DNA of 48,654 nucleotides, counting the filler, from Bipalium vagum (Eukaryota), in NCBI GenBank assembly GCA_037834085.1. It is 3 parts of 3 records of this genome, joined end to end, with 100 filler letters (N's around TTAATTAATTAA, not from the genome) between each part and the next. Parts side by side here need not be neighbours in the genome. Positions count along the whole stretch, not along the records: positions 31,902 to 48,654 come from JBBMKC010095666.1; 2 more parts are not named here. The stretch is one strand, 5' to 3'. Below, piece after piece: positions 36,691-48,654 of the stretch. Made by a program: the position numbers and the translations under genes. Position 1 is the first letter of the stretch. Every line of letters begins with the position of its first letter. Under the pieces are notes generated by a model. The model did no database searches and had not been told where the DNA came from. It saw only the letters and a program-made list of their open reading frames with translations.

Positions 36691-38134
36691 GCCTAAAAAA
36701 TGTGGCAATCAAAATGTTTTCAAATGCCTTTAAAAATTTTTCTTGACTTACCTTTTTAAAAGATTCCGCTTTGAAATATAAACAAATTTAAATTAATAAA
36801 ACAAAGTTTCATTTAACAATTCATAATGCAAAAATTAAGTCTTAAAATCCGCCATTAATTTTTCTACAACCCAACTGTAATTCGCTTCTTTTTAAACTTT
36901 GATTTGTTCAACTGTTTCATAAAAGTTACATTACATCTAAATTTTATTATTGTTGTTTTACTCTTTTCAGAAAAACGCATGACTTATTTTGTTAAAATAT
37001 TTAATTCTTTTCAATTACCATTTAAAATATTTTTAAAGATGAAAACGTACCCGGAATAAAATTAAATCAAACCTTTCGTTTCTAAACGTAAATGTTTTCT
37101 GCTTTTCTTGGATTATAAGGATTTATCTTAACACAGTCGCTGTACTACGCAAGGATTTTATCATTAAGATTAAGATTACTGGTAATTTTTTCAGTTACAC
37201 TTTCGGTGTTTTTTTCCTATTCAAGACTCCTATTGAAACTTGGATCACTTTTAAGATTGCCGAGAGTTTGCATAATTATTATTTTTTTATTTTTATGAAA
37301 GAGAACCAGAAGAACAGAGATATAATGATATGCTTTATCGACACGAACCTCGGTATGAGTGTCCATTCCTAATTGATTTATTGATAAAGCAATCTTATCT
37401 CTGTTGCCATAAGACACTATATTTGTCAGATCATAATTCCGTTGAAAGTTTCTTTACTGTGGTTTTCATAGAGGAATTTGTTGAAGTCAAAGTCATAACT
37501 ATTCTTAATAACCAATGTCATTTTCTCATGGTGATTTATCATGGTTGATAAGTCATTTTTTAATAAATGATATATATTTCTATATTTATTCTCTTTGTTT
37601 TAATTTATTGACCGATTTTAAGCCTGTTGATATAAAATATTAGCAGTTAAACGAAATCCCAATTTATTAATTTAATATTTTAATTTATGGCATAATAAAT
37701 TATTGATTTGACAATTTTCATTTTTTAGAGCTTTGAACAAATTCACATACTTCAAATGATTCTAAAACCTTTTCTTTCATGTTAACCTTCGCCCATTTTC
37801 GATAATTTTTTATTTTGTAACATTTCAAAATTTAATATTAATGTCCTTTTATAATTTTAACGATTTTTGCTAAATATTATTTTTCTTATATTATTAAATT
37901 ATATATATAATATATAATTTTTCTGAATATGTTTTATTTACAATAATATTAATATATATTATTATTATATTGGGTTTTGTGAATAGGCGATGAAAAACGT
38001 CTACAGATATTTATATTGATATTTTATTTGTTTAAATATTTCAATTAAATAAATTTAATAGTCAGAGCATTCAAATTGCTTTAAAAAGTTTAGCATTTTT
38101 TTAATAAATAAAAATTTATTTATATTTAGAAATA

Positions 38135-38765
38135 AACATAAATAAAGAATAAATTCGATATCTTATGAAATTTTAATTTATTAAAGGCAAAAATGTAATG
38201 CAGGTTGCAAAAAAATTGGTACGGTTTATGGTTCATTTCTTGTATGTGATAGAACAGTCTGTGGATAGTTTAATCGATTTCGCTTTGGAAATTTGACGTC
38301 AAAGACGCAGCTCGTTCTGGCCGGCATATATGTCAAAAAGTTGATCTAATCATTCAGAAGGTAGAGGAAGACATGTATATTGGCTGCCGTGAAATCGCAG
38401 AAGACACTGGTATTCATCATCAAACCGTTTTTAACCATTTAAAGAAATCTGGTTTTAAAAAGAAATTGAATGTTTGAATTTCGCATGATTTAACAATGAA
38501 AATTTTAATAGATCGAATTTTAATATGCCAAACATTACTGAAAAGAATCATTCTTGAAACGTCTTATTATGGGTGACGAAAAGTGAATCAATTACAAGAT
38601 CAATGTTAGAAAACGATCTTGGATAAAATGTTGTAGGACCTACAAACCGTGGCAAAGCCGAAATTGATGCCAAGGAAGGTCAACGCAATAGCACACGTGC
38701 CTTTGATGACTCAGAAAAAATTGAAGGACCTTGATAGGGAAGTCTTCTAACATCTCCCATTTGTT
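38135..38765 (+). mobile_element. mariner relic, same family as 42646-43698
   Basis: Nucleotide similarity (GTCAAAGACGCA.CTCGTTCTGGCCG) plus HQTVFNHLKK and MGDEK*I; internal deletion. Confidence 0.8.
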
Positions 38766-39949
38766 CAAAAGCATTAACTCGTCCAATATTCTCTTATTCC
38801 ATTCTTGAATTTCAATCTTTTAAAAAATAGTTCAAATCTACACACATTAAGCCTCTTACATAATAGTTAAGCTTCATGAAGAAAAATTTCTTTATTTCAT
38901 CTAGTTAAAAAATAAAGAAATCAATAAATGAAAAAATTTTTATTTTATTATGATAAAACATAATTTTTATATACCATGTCGAATTCTATCTAAGGTAATT
39001 TGTTGTTAATATTTGTGATTACAATATAATTATTTTATAGTAAACTTTCGTAAAATTAAAAAAATAAAACATTTATAATTTTCCTAATATTTATTAAAAA
39101 CTCATTTTACAAACAATTTCTTGGATTTACCGATTTAAACAAAATCAAATAATAACATTATCGTAACTCAAATATTTATTTCAAATTCAACACCAAATAA
39201 TTAATGTAATAATTTATTTTTTATTTTATTAACAAATAAAATAGACATTTTTTTAAGATAATTAACTATTGGGAAAAGTAAATTCTAAAAATTCAATACG
39301 AGATATTGATGTTTTATAAATCATTATAAAACCCATAATCTATAATTTCTGGTTTTATAATAATAATAAATATGACTTTGAAACCAGATTTTTCAAAAGT
39401 ATTTCAAAACGATCGGGGATTATAAAATCACCATCAAAGAAGCCAGTTTTTCCATTTCTTTTGAAAAAATGACACTAAAATATTCCCCCAATTTTAAGCT
39501 CTGCCGTTCAACATTTATTTTATAATCTGATCAATTTGGTTTGGCTCTTTGTGACGGTGACACAATTGTCTGCGACAATGTTGGTCTTTTACTGATTTAT
39601 ATGATCGGTTCAATAATTTTCATTTGATAAGAATTATGAAGAACCGTTTATTAATGGAAAATATAACATTTCCTTTTTCTACACTAATTTTTTAAAAAAT
39701 AAGAATAAAATTAACCAAAGGGGATTTTTTAAAAAATGTCACGTGTTATCGAATTTATAAAAATGTCATTAAAAGAAAATAATTAATTTAAAAAAAAATA
39801 ATTTTTCATAATACATAAATTAACTTTTCAAATGTTGAATTATTTTGAATATTGAAAGAGATTAATTCTAATATATATAGGTAATGAAAAGGTATTTTTG
39901 TTTTTCTTAACTATTTTTGTTTTTAGGATAATTTCACTATTTCAAAAAA

Positions 39950-41110
39950 ATGAGAGACAATGTTGAATTTCGTAGTGTAGTCAATTTCTTGCCATTGAAG
40001 GAAACAAATAGTCAAAAATTATTATTAAACTGCGGGATGCTTACGATAGTGAGTGCTCTTGTAAAGCAAGAATTTATAATTGGATTCGAGAATTCAAAAG
40101 TGGCCAAACTAGTGTTTTTAGTTCTGCGAAGTCGGGCAGACCTGTCGAACTTGGAGATTGGAAGAAAGAAACCTTGCAGAAAATAATCATTACAGATCGT
40201 TGTATTGCAAAAAAGATACATTGTGCAACGTCTAAACATCTCTTAAGGTACATTGCATATGTTACTGCATTAGAAGCTGTGTTCACGATTTCTCACAGGT
40301 AATATGCAACAACAAGTGTTGTGTCAGAAAAATTTGGAGATTTACAAAGACTAGGAGATTTTTTCGCAATAACTTAAACACGGAAGATGAGACACCTTTG
40401 AGCTTGTAAAGGCATTCTCAAAGTATATTTTGTTGCATATTATGTCCAAATCAATTCAGAATATTATGCACAACTTATAAAGGAAGTAAGAGGAAAACTG
40501 CAAAAAAGGAAAGACTGAATCGTTACTCTTGCATGATAATGCCACGATTCACATATCCCATATGATTATCACTCTTTCCTCTACCACATTACAGTCGCGA
40601 TTGTTAATATTAATCGGTTTTTACTCAGAATTAGAAGACAATTTTTGAATAGATTTTATTGTGATAAAACAAAATAATATTTAAACAAATTTTTTCAGAC
40701 CTGAAAATTTTTTTTTTATTAAATTTAAAAAATAAGTTTATTTTTAAAATTCCATTCATACTTTTTAAATATTTTAAAATAATTAAAATATTAAAAATAA
40801 ATAATTAAAAAATTCCACAGGTGTGATTAACCTCCTCATACCGATCTTGCTCCCAGTGACTATCACCTCTTCCGACAACTGAAGAAGGATTTACGAGGAA
40901 AATTATTTGATTGTGCATTTGATTTACAGCACTGTCAATCAGATTTCTTGAAATCATATTCTAAAACCCTTTAGGAAAAAAGTATTATGGATTTTTTGTC
41001 TCGTTGGCAAAAATGTGTGAAAGGTGGTGGAGGTTATATTAAGAACATAGCTATAGACTTGCTACATCGGTTTTATATGTATTGTTCAGTTTAAGTACTT
41101 ACTGGGCGCA
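39950..41110 (+). mobile_element. mariner relic (irritans-like), interrupted
   Basis: RSVVNFL, IYNWIREFKSG..SGRP, LLLHDNA, DLAPSDYHLFRQLKKDLRG and SRWQKCVKGGGGY. Confidence 0.8.
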
Positions 41111-42645
41111 ATACTTAAATGGCTTATTCAGTGATAGCTATCCTTATCTTCAAGGATATAATTAAAAGTTAATTCACTCAGAGTTCTTAAATGATGTTCT
41201 TGTTCTTCAACTAAATGTCCCAATTGTTCAGATTTTGAAATTATTGCTTTTTTGAACGAGTAATTTGAGTTAAGATAGCCTGTTCTGAGAGTTAACTTCT
41301 GCCACACTCTCTTGACCCAGGTAACTACTTCCAATAACCAATCATAACGAGATAAATTCTTCTTAAAGGTAAGCAGTAGCCTTTCAAACCAAATTCAACT
41401 GGTGTTGTTATGGTTTAAAACTCATACTGTGTACATTTTCCATCTGTATTGCATTGGTATGAAAATCTGTTCTACAGACAACTAAAGACAATGTCCGAAT
41501 GTATTCTTATTATCATCATTGTAGTGGTCGTAGTACTAGAAGTAATAGTAGTTTCATTATAATTAAAACAGTCAATTTTCTGAATTTAGATCCTTTTTTG
41601 AGATGAATGTTTTAACTGGTTGAATTCTTACTAATTAATAAAAAGTCCTGAAAGAAAAATTTTGCAAATGTCTTTCCATGTTCACTTCCAAAATGAAAAA
41701 CACTGGTTTCTTTACAAAAGGAAAAAAACTTTATAAAATATTTTTTGAATTCAATTTCAAACTCAATGGTAGGACATATTGATTTTCTGGTAAACTGCTA
41801 ATTAAATAATTTGTTTTACTGAAATCTTTTTATAATGAGACTTAAGCATTTTTGATTGAAATATAAATTAGTGAGTTTTCCTAAGCGTTCTCAATGGCTC
41901 TTGATAATTTGATTAAAGTCCTGAGAGTTGAATATAAATTATTTTCCCCCTCACCACCCTCAACCAGTGCTCGGATTGATATTTGACTATTAAAAATCAG
42001 TTCCATCAGCTCAATGGTTTGGAAGAAGGGAGCAGGATTGTTTTAATTGTCTCTCTTATTCGAAAAATCAGAAATATTTGATGAGAACGACCAATGAGCT
42101 TCACAAATGTACGATCACGCCCCTTTGTATGATCGATTTAATATTTACAGTAATAAATATAATAAAAAGAAACAAAATAACGAAATGTAAATATCTGTAA
42201 ACGAGAATTTCTCAGCATTGCAAATGACAATTTGATTTACCACTTTATAAGGAAATTTCCCCAAGAAATTACTTTTTCTGCCCGGTTTTCATGCCAGACT
42301 TTATATTTTCTTTGTGTTTTATAAACATGGGTTAAAATTCAGTTTCGGATTAGTTTAATTCCATTTCAGATTTAAAATAATGAAGCCGTAAAAAACCACA
42401 TGTCATATAAATTTAATAAAAAAGAAGTTTTATTGAGAAACAGAACGTAAAGTTAACATAACATTTATTATAATAATATTATAAAACAGAAATTGGACCA
42501 GTCTTCCATTTTATCGTAAAATTGATTGTACGTATATTAGCCACCAAGATTTAGTTTTAACATTAAACTCTTTCAGTTTTCTTACAATTCTAAACTAAAA
42601 AATAAGCATTTTGATTAATTACTAAAATTTTATTCATCTTTAGAA

Positions 42646-43698
42646 ATGGATATCAATAAAGAAAAAATGCGATACATAATGAAATTTTATTTCTTGAAAG
42701 ATAAAAATGCTGCACAGGTAACTAAAAAGAGTAATGCTGTTTATGAAGCGGATACTGTTTCGGATAGAACAATCCGTGAATGGTTCACTAAATTTCGTTC
42801 CGGAAATTTTAATGTCAAAGACGCACCTCGTTCTGGCCGACCAATCTGTGGAAAAGTTGCTAAAATAATTAAGAAGGTTGAAGAAGACAGGAATATAAGT
42901 AGCCACGATATATCTCAGGAATTGAGGATTCATTATCAAACAGTTTTAAATCATTTGGAGAAATATGAATATACAAAGAAACTGTATGGATACCACATAA
43001 TTTGACTGAAAAGAATTTGAAAGACCGAATTTCAAAATGCCCGACATTGTTGAATAAAAACATGATCGATCCATTTTTGAAACGTCTTTTTACATGTGAC
43101 GAAAAATGTATCAAGTACGATAATAACATACGAAAAAGGTCCTGGACAAAATGTGATATGAACTCACAAACTGTGGTGAAACCAAAAATGACTCCAAGGA
43201 AGTGTGTCTGGTGGGATTACAAGGGAATAGTCCATTATGAATTACTCCAACCAGGACAAATAATAAAGTCAGTCAACAGTTGACAAGAGTACATCAGGAA
43301 ATTGTAAGAAAGCGTCCTGAATTAATCAAAAGGAAAGGCACTGTGTTTCACCATGACAACGCCAGACCACATGTATCTTTTATTGGGAAATTTTGTTGCA
43401 TTCTCCATATGGTCCTGATATAGCACTGTCAGACTAGCATCTGTTTCGCTCATTGTAGAACTCCCTTAATGGTGTAAAATTAAATTCAAAAGAGGATTGC
43501 GAAAAACATTTATCTCACTTATTTGCCAATAAATCAAAAAAGTTTTACAGTGACGGAATTTTTGCTTTACCAAAAAAAATGGCAAGACATTGTCGATCAA
43601 AATGGTACTTATGTAATTTAATAAAATTTTCAATTCGACTTTATTTTTCTAACTTTTCCATTTTACCAAAATCGGCGGAAACTTTTTAGACTACCCAA
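42646..43698 (+). mobile_element. mariner (mellifera-like) with near-complete frameshifted transposase; right ITR present
   Basis: MDINKEKMRYIMKFYF..WFTKFRSGNFNVKDAPRSGRP, TCDEKCI, CVWWDYKGIVHYELL, HHDNARPH and PYGPDIALSD. Right end ...TAGACTACCCAA + TA. Confidence 0.9.
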
Positions 43699-43719
43699 TA
43701 TTAGTAACGAAAATGGGTA

Positions 43720-44085
43720 AACAAATTGAAATGATGTGAAAATTTTTGTCCAAATACAATCAAAATATACCTGCTGCACATTCAACGATCGCTAAAATGT
43801 TGGAATTGTATAATCAACCGTTTAAAAAATTATTTCAAACTACAAGAGGATTTTTACTATTGAACATAAAACAGGTTCAGGTAAAACAGAAAGTTTTCTT
43901 AGCAAACAATCAATGGGCTACGAAAAATTACTATTTATGATAGATCCTAATTACCCTTAATTTTTACCTATTTATTATGTTATTCATCGTGAACATTTAT
44001 TAGAAAAGTACTTTAAATAAGAACATGTGAAAACAGTATTGGAGATTGTAAAATACTTTCGTTCTAATGCAAAAACACAGGCAAT
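43720..44085 (+). mobile_element. hAT transposase relic
   Basis: YVIHREHLL..VKTVLEIVKYFRSNA resembles the hAT HC.IHRE.L..V..IVN.IR motif. Confidence 0.5.
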
Positions 44086-45639
44086 TATTATTATCATTAT
44101 GTACCAAAAGGAATAATTTGTGGCTTTCTCAGTGTAGCTATGAGTACCATTTTACAATTAAGTTTATGTATTCAGTTGGAAGAAAACCAGATTGTTGTCT
44201 GATGAATTGATAGAACTGCTAAATGTAAGTGGATTGAATACCTTTCCATTGCGGCCTAATTATACATTCTTTACTGAATTATAGTCCTTTCACTATGGTA
44301 AACATTCCACTACTTTGATGGAATTGTTTTCTTTATATTGATCACCTTAAAAATGTTGCAGTTCACATCATTGTTATCGTACTAAAACTATTTTTCATTA
44401 CTATGATAAACTTTCTGCCAGAAAGATGTTAATAGATTGAATTGGTATAAGATTGTGATTGATAACTCTATTTTCAAGGGTCAACTGCAAAAAACACTGC
44501 TAAAAATTGCATTCATTTGAGGAATCAAAATTGAACTCAGTAACCATTTGTATCAAATGTCAAACATAAAATAATCACAGAAATTATGCAACTTCGATTT
44601 TTTGTGTTCAACAACATTTGTACCAACATAAAACAACCATTTAAAGGATGGTCACAATTTTATCAAATTATTTTTTTCTTTACCTTTTTGTGAGTTTCTA
44701 CAGCACTAAAACTGTCAATTGTTAGGGGAAAAGAGTGTTTGTGTTTTCTATTTGTTAATGTAAATCGATTATTTATTGCGTTATGTTTGGAGTAATAAAT
44801 CCCGTTTTTTAAAATACATTTAGAATAATTTAATTAAAACAATATTTGCTTCTTTATAAATATGTGAGTAGATCTACTAAAACTTAGTTGCCAATAGAAT
44901 CAATTGTGTTTCTGATACATTATGTATATTCATAAAGTCCAAAATGGTGTATAAGATTCGAGATTGTTGACTTCGAATTCCAATACTGACCCGAAACAGA
45001 GGGAATCAATGTAAAAACAATTATAATATTATTCACGATTATGGACAATGAAATTGGAAATATACACGGATTAATCATAATGGAGAAAATAAGTAGAACT
45101 TATGTTTGTAACCATTGCTTCTACGGAACATTATGAAACATCAGCGTAGTATGATTGTCAGACGGACCATTATGAGGTCGTAATGTAAGAAATATATAGT
45201 TTTAAGTGACCATGTTTTAATTTGGATATCTCTGCGAATATTTATTGTAAGAGGATTGGTTAAAAAGTTTGATGAATAAATATGAAAATAATTAAGTCAA
45301 AAGATAAAAATTATTTTTTAACGCAGTCGTCTACAAGCGGAATAAACTTTATTAAACGTTTCTAAAAATCTTTGATACCATTGTTTAAAGACCTTAAAGG
45401 GGCTCTAATTAAGTTGAGAGATAACGGTACCTATTTAAATGATGTAATAATAAGAATATTAATTTGATTGTAATAATTTAATAGATCACTAATGAAAAAT
45501 AACTGTAAAACGTGATAATTAACCAATTGTCAAAATGATAATTACCAAAAATTCCAAATGTTGTGTTATTACTGATAATAAATTAACATCAATCCACGTT
45601 TCATCAACCGTGATTTAGAATTTTAAATAGTTATCATCT

Positions 45640-46232
45640 ACTGAAACCATCTTCTTGGCAACTTCAACATCTCTTTGTTTATCATGAAATTTTAATGTTT
45701 TAAGGACAAGGCGATAAGACACACGATATATTGATATTTGATATTTCAGTAATCTGTACCACATCTCTCTAATTTATTCGGCAATTAAACAGTACAAGTT
45801 CCTTAACTTCCTTGATATTTTCTGTATTAGTTGAGGTTGATGGTCTTCCTGGACTGTGTTAATCTTCAACTGATTTCATAACGTATTTGAATAATTTATA
45901 CCAATTGTAAACTTTTTTGGGACATTGTTTCATCACGGAAAGATTTTTGAGACATTTTTAAAACATCTGAGCAATAAATCTCATTATTTAAACAAGATTT
46001 TCTATATATGGATTCGTTGTTCAATTAATATATCCATAATTAATTTCGCAATAATGATTTTTCATAATTTTATTAACACTGTATACTTTTAAACATAAGA
46101 AAATTTCGTAAGAGTTTCTATCAATTTAAAAGGACATTTGTGTTAACAAAAAAAAACAAAAATCATAGGAAATTGTGAATTGAAAATATCTTTTAAAATT
46201 AAATTCACCCTAGTTTTTGTCCACTTTAGTAT
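45640..46232 (-). mobile_element. mariner 5' relic (irritans-like)
   Basis: SFRDETMSQK..YNWYKLFK..KSVED..PGRPSTSTNTENIKEVKELV; ITR-like end at ~46200-46232. Confidence 0.75.
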
Positions 46233-46869
46233 TAACTATGTTAAATAATTAAATAAACACTATTTTGCCCTTGCCTAATATATAAAAAATATAACCATAA
46301 TAATATATTAATGTTATAAATTATTAACATTAAATGTAATATAAAACATATGAAAATCATTTTACATATCAAATGATATCCATTATCCTTTGATTATTAA
46401 CAGTAACGTAACATGGTAATGTAATATAAAATAAATGAATATATAATAAATTGGAAATATTTTGGTTTTAAACCAATAGAAAACTTTATAAAGGAAGAGG
46501 AATTTGATAATTTAAAAAGAATTTCCCATGGGTATCATCTTAACCGAAATTAAAAAGTATGAAGCATGATGAACAGATGGAATTCATATCCAACAAAAAT
46601 AACATTATTTTATCAAGAATAAAAAATAGTGATGTTCTCTCACTGAAAAATACAGGACAGAGAAAAAAAAGACAGATAAATAAAATCAAAATATTCTATT
46701 AATTAAAACACTTGGAAAATATAGGAAAAGAAATTTTGCTTTGTAAAAGATTATTGTCCAATAATAATTAAGAGAAAGTTGATTTTATTATGATAAAAAA
46801 CATTTCTCAAAATATTACTTTTAAAATCAATGTTTTATTTTTCATTATAAAATAATTTTTAAAAATAAA

Positions 46870-47660
46870 ATACGTGGTAAGGTAAGAAATGACTTTCAGT
46901 CACTATTGACAAGTAGTGGCATCAGAAAGTTGTGCTCACGATTCGTGCCACGTTTTCTAACTGCTGATAAACAAGCTCACCGTTTTGAATGTTGCTAACA
47001 GAATCTGGAAATTTTACGTGTTGAGAACCATATGCTGGATAATATCATCACGTTGACAGAGACACTTCTATCTCTCTGTATTCCGGAGTCTAAAAGGAAA
47101 TCAAAAGAATGCAAACTTCCAGGAAAAACTAGTTCAAGAAGAATGAAGATATCATCACACTAAAATGCTTTAACGCTCTCCATTTTTTGGATGCTAATGG
47201 TGTGATTCTTACGGATTTTGTAGAATCACATGTTTGTCTCAACAGTGAATACTATATCAACCTTGTGAGATAAGCTGGAACAGTGAGAAGGAAGAGCCAA
47301 GTCTCTGAATTGTATTATCTGCATGACAAAGCACCTATTTGCACTAGTGGATTGTCAACATCAGCAATTAAGGATTGTGGCTTGATTTTGCTCCTACAAC
47401 CCCCTTTGGCTCGTTCCGATTTCTTTTTGTTCAAAACCTCAAGCGAGAACTAAGAAGTAAAATATTTTCATCAAAAAACGATTTGCAAATGACTGTCGCT
47501 GATTATCTGAACGAAAAATTTTCAGCTTATCTTGTAACTGTCAGTTTTCATAGCTTCTGCTTAATCACTGCCAAAGAGTTTCAATCAGGTTCATATCCAC
47601 AGAACTGGTCGGTCAAGTTATTATTGATTGATTTTTATTAATAGATACAATTATATTTGG
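46870..47660 (+). mobile_element. mariner relic (irritans-like)
   Basis: IRKLCSRFVPRFLT, PESKRKSKECK.PG, IF.DANGVILTDF, LHDKAP and FLFVQNLKRELR. Confidence 0.75.
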
Positions 47661-48329
47661 TATGCCTTAATAAAATCAGTGTCATTTCTAGACATGGATA
47701 CTTCTGAAGGGAACCGAACAGAATGTCGTCAAAGAAAGAAATAAAGCAATTTTAGATTCGGTGATCTGGTAGTACAATGAAATGGCCCATCTTTATAATT
47801 ACATTTTCAAGGAAAAATCCTGCTTAAAAACTACTACAAGATGTGAATATTGGGGTGAAATATTGAAATTACTTTAGCTTACATTCTGCGATTAAGTTTT
47901 GGCATTGAAATCCGACTTGAACATTTCGAAATAGTTTTCTCCATTCACATTCTCATGAAAGAAAAATGGACTACAAGTACAGGATTTTATAGATTTAACG
48001 ATGTGCACTGAATTCTTATCGGTAATAAACTTTGAGCAATTTCATTGTTATTAATAAATTATCATTATTATTTTTATATATTTCTGTAATAATGGTGTAA
48101 TTAATTAAATTTCTCAGAGCGGATATATTAGAAAATCAATAAAATTGATATATTGAATTTATTCAGTTATTGCTAATTGATTTAATTAAAATTTGAAAAA
48201 TAATTTTTTCAATTATTAAAACAATTTTATTTCAACCGAATAATTTTTTAATTTACACCGTAACATAATTTTTGGAACTATACTGAAAAATAATTATAAT
48301 TAAATTATTTTATTTTATAATTAATAATA

Positions 48330-48654
48330 CAGTGAAACCTGCTCGAATTGAACACCATAGTGTCCTTGCTGAAAAGTTCAAATTAGAGAGCTGTTCAGAT
48401 AATCAAGATGTTCAAGTTTAACAGGTTACATTACACATCTGTTTACACTTTTGTTCAATTTTACAAGGTTTTTGAAAAATAAAAAAATAAGGTAATTAAA
48501 TTTAACAACTTAAAGTACTACAGAATTAAATTACTGTCAGCAAGTAATTCAATAAAAGTTGACGATACCGAAGCTTCAATATTCTAATTATTCCAGCATC
48601 GAGTGGCTGTATTGCAGCAGTTGTATTAGGAGATAAAAATACTAACTTGATGTT
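48330..48654 (-). mobile_element. pogo/Tigger element end: ITR and DDE_1 fragment
   Basis: TA + CAGTGAAACCT terminus. The minus strand reads IKLVFLSPNTTAAIQPLDAGIIRILKLRYRQLL (Tigger PPNTT..QPLD.GII motif). Confidence 0.85.

Noticed and set aside
44150-45290. Slightly GC-elevated stretches as exons
   Set aside because: Stops in the frames I translated and no recognisable motif or splice structure.

Overview
AT-rich animal (eukaryotic) genomic DNA with spliceosomal GT-AG introns. It consists of three contigs joined by artificial 100-bp linkers (44N + TTAATTAATTAA + 44N) at 15649-15748 and 31802-31901. A lophotrochozoan host, perhaps a triclad flatworm, is my guess only. Host genes: (1) the 5' exon of an SLC22-type organic ion transporter (289..<1, minus, missed by the ORF track); (2) a complete 7-exon PAPS transporter 2, SLC35B3 (11376..6932, minus, 369 aa by manual splicing); (3) the first two exons of a Rab1/Rab8/Rab35-group GTPase lying in an abrupt GC/CpG-rich island; (4) a secreted protein of an uncharacterised lophotrochozoan-type family, with a frame break and a decayed tandem copy; (5) an intronless Bcl-2-family ORF lacking a C-terminal membrane anchor. 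Most of the remainder is mobile-element debris: many mariner, Tc1, IS630-like and pogo elements, hAT (Buster-type) elements, Ty3/Gypsy fragments, hairpin-rich solo-LTR-like modules, a NeSL/R2-type RLE retrotransposon tail, a Polinton/Maverick PolB relic and a degenerate 18S rRNA fragment. I did not find a clearly novel multi-gene system. The best leads are the hairpin-dense LTR-like modules, the GC3 island at the Rab gene, the anchor-less Bcl-2, the Polinton relic and the secreted-domain gene pair. All family assignments come from motif recognition, not database searches.
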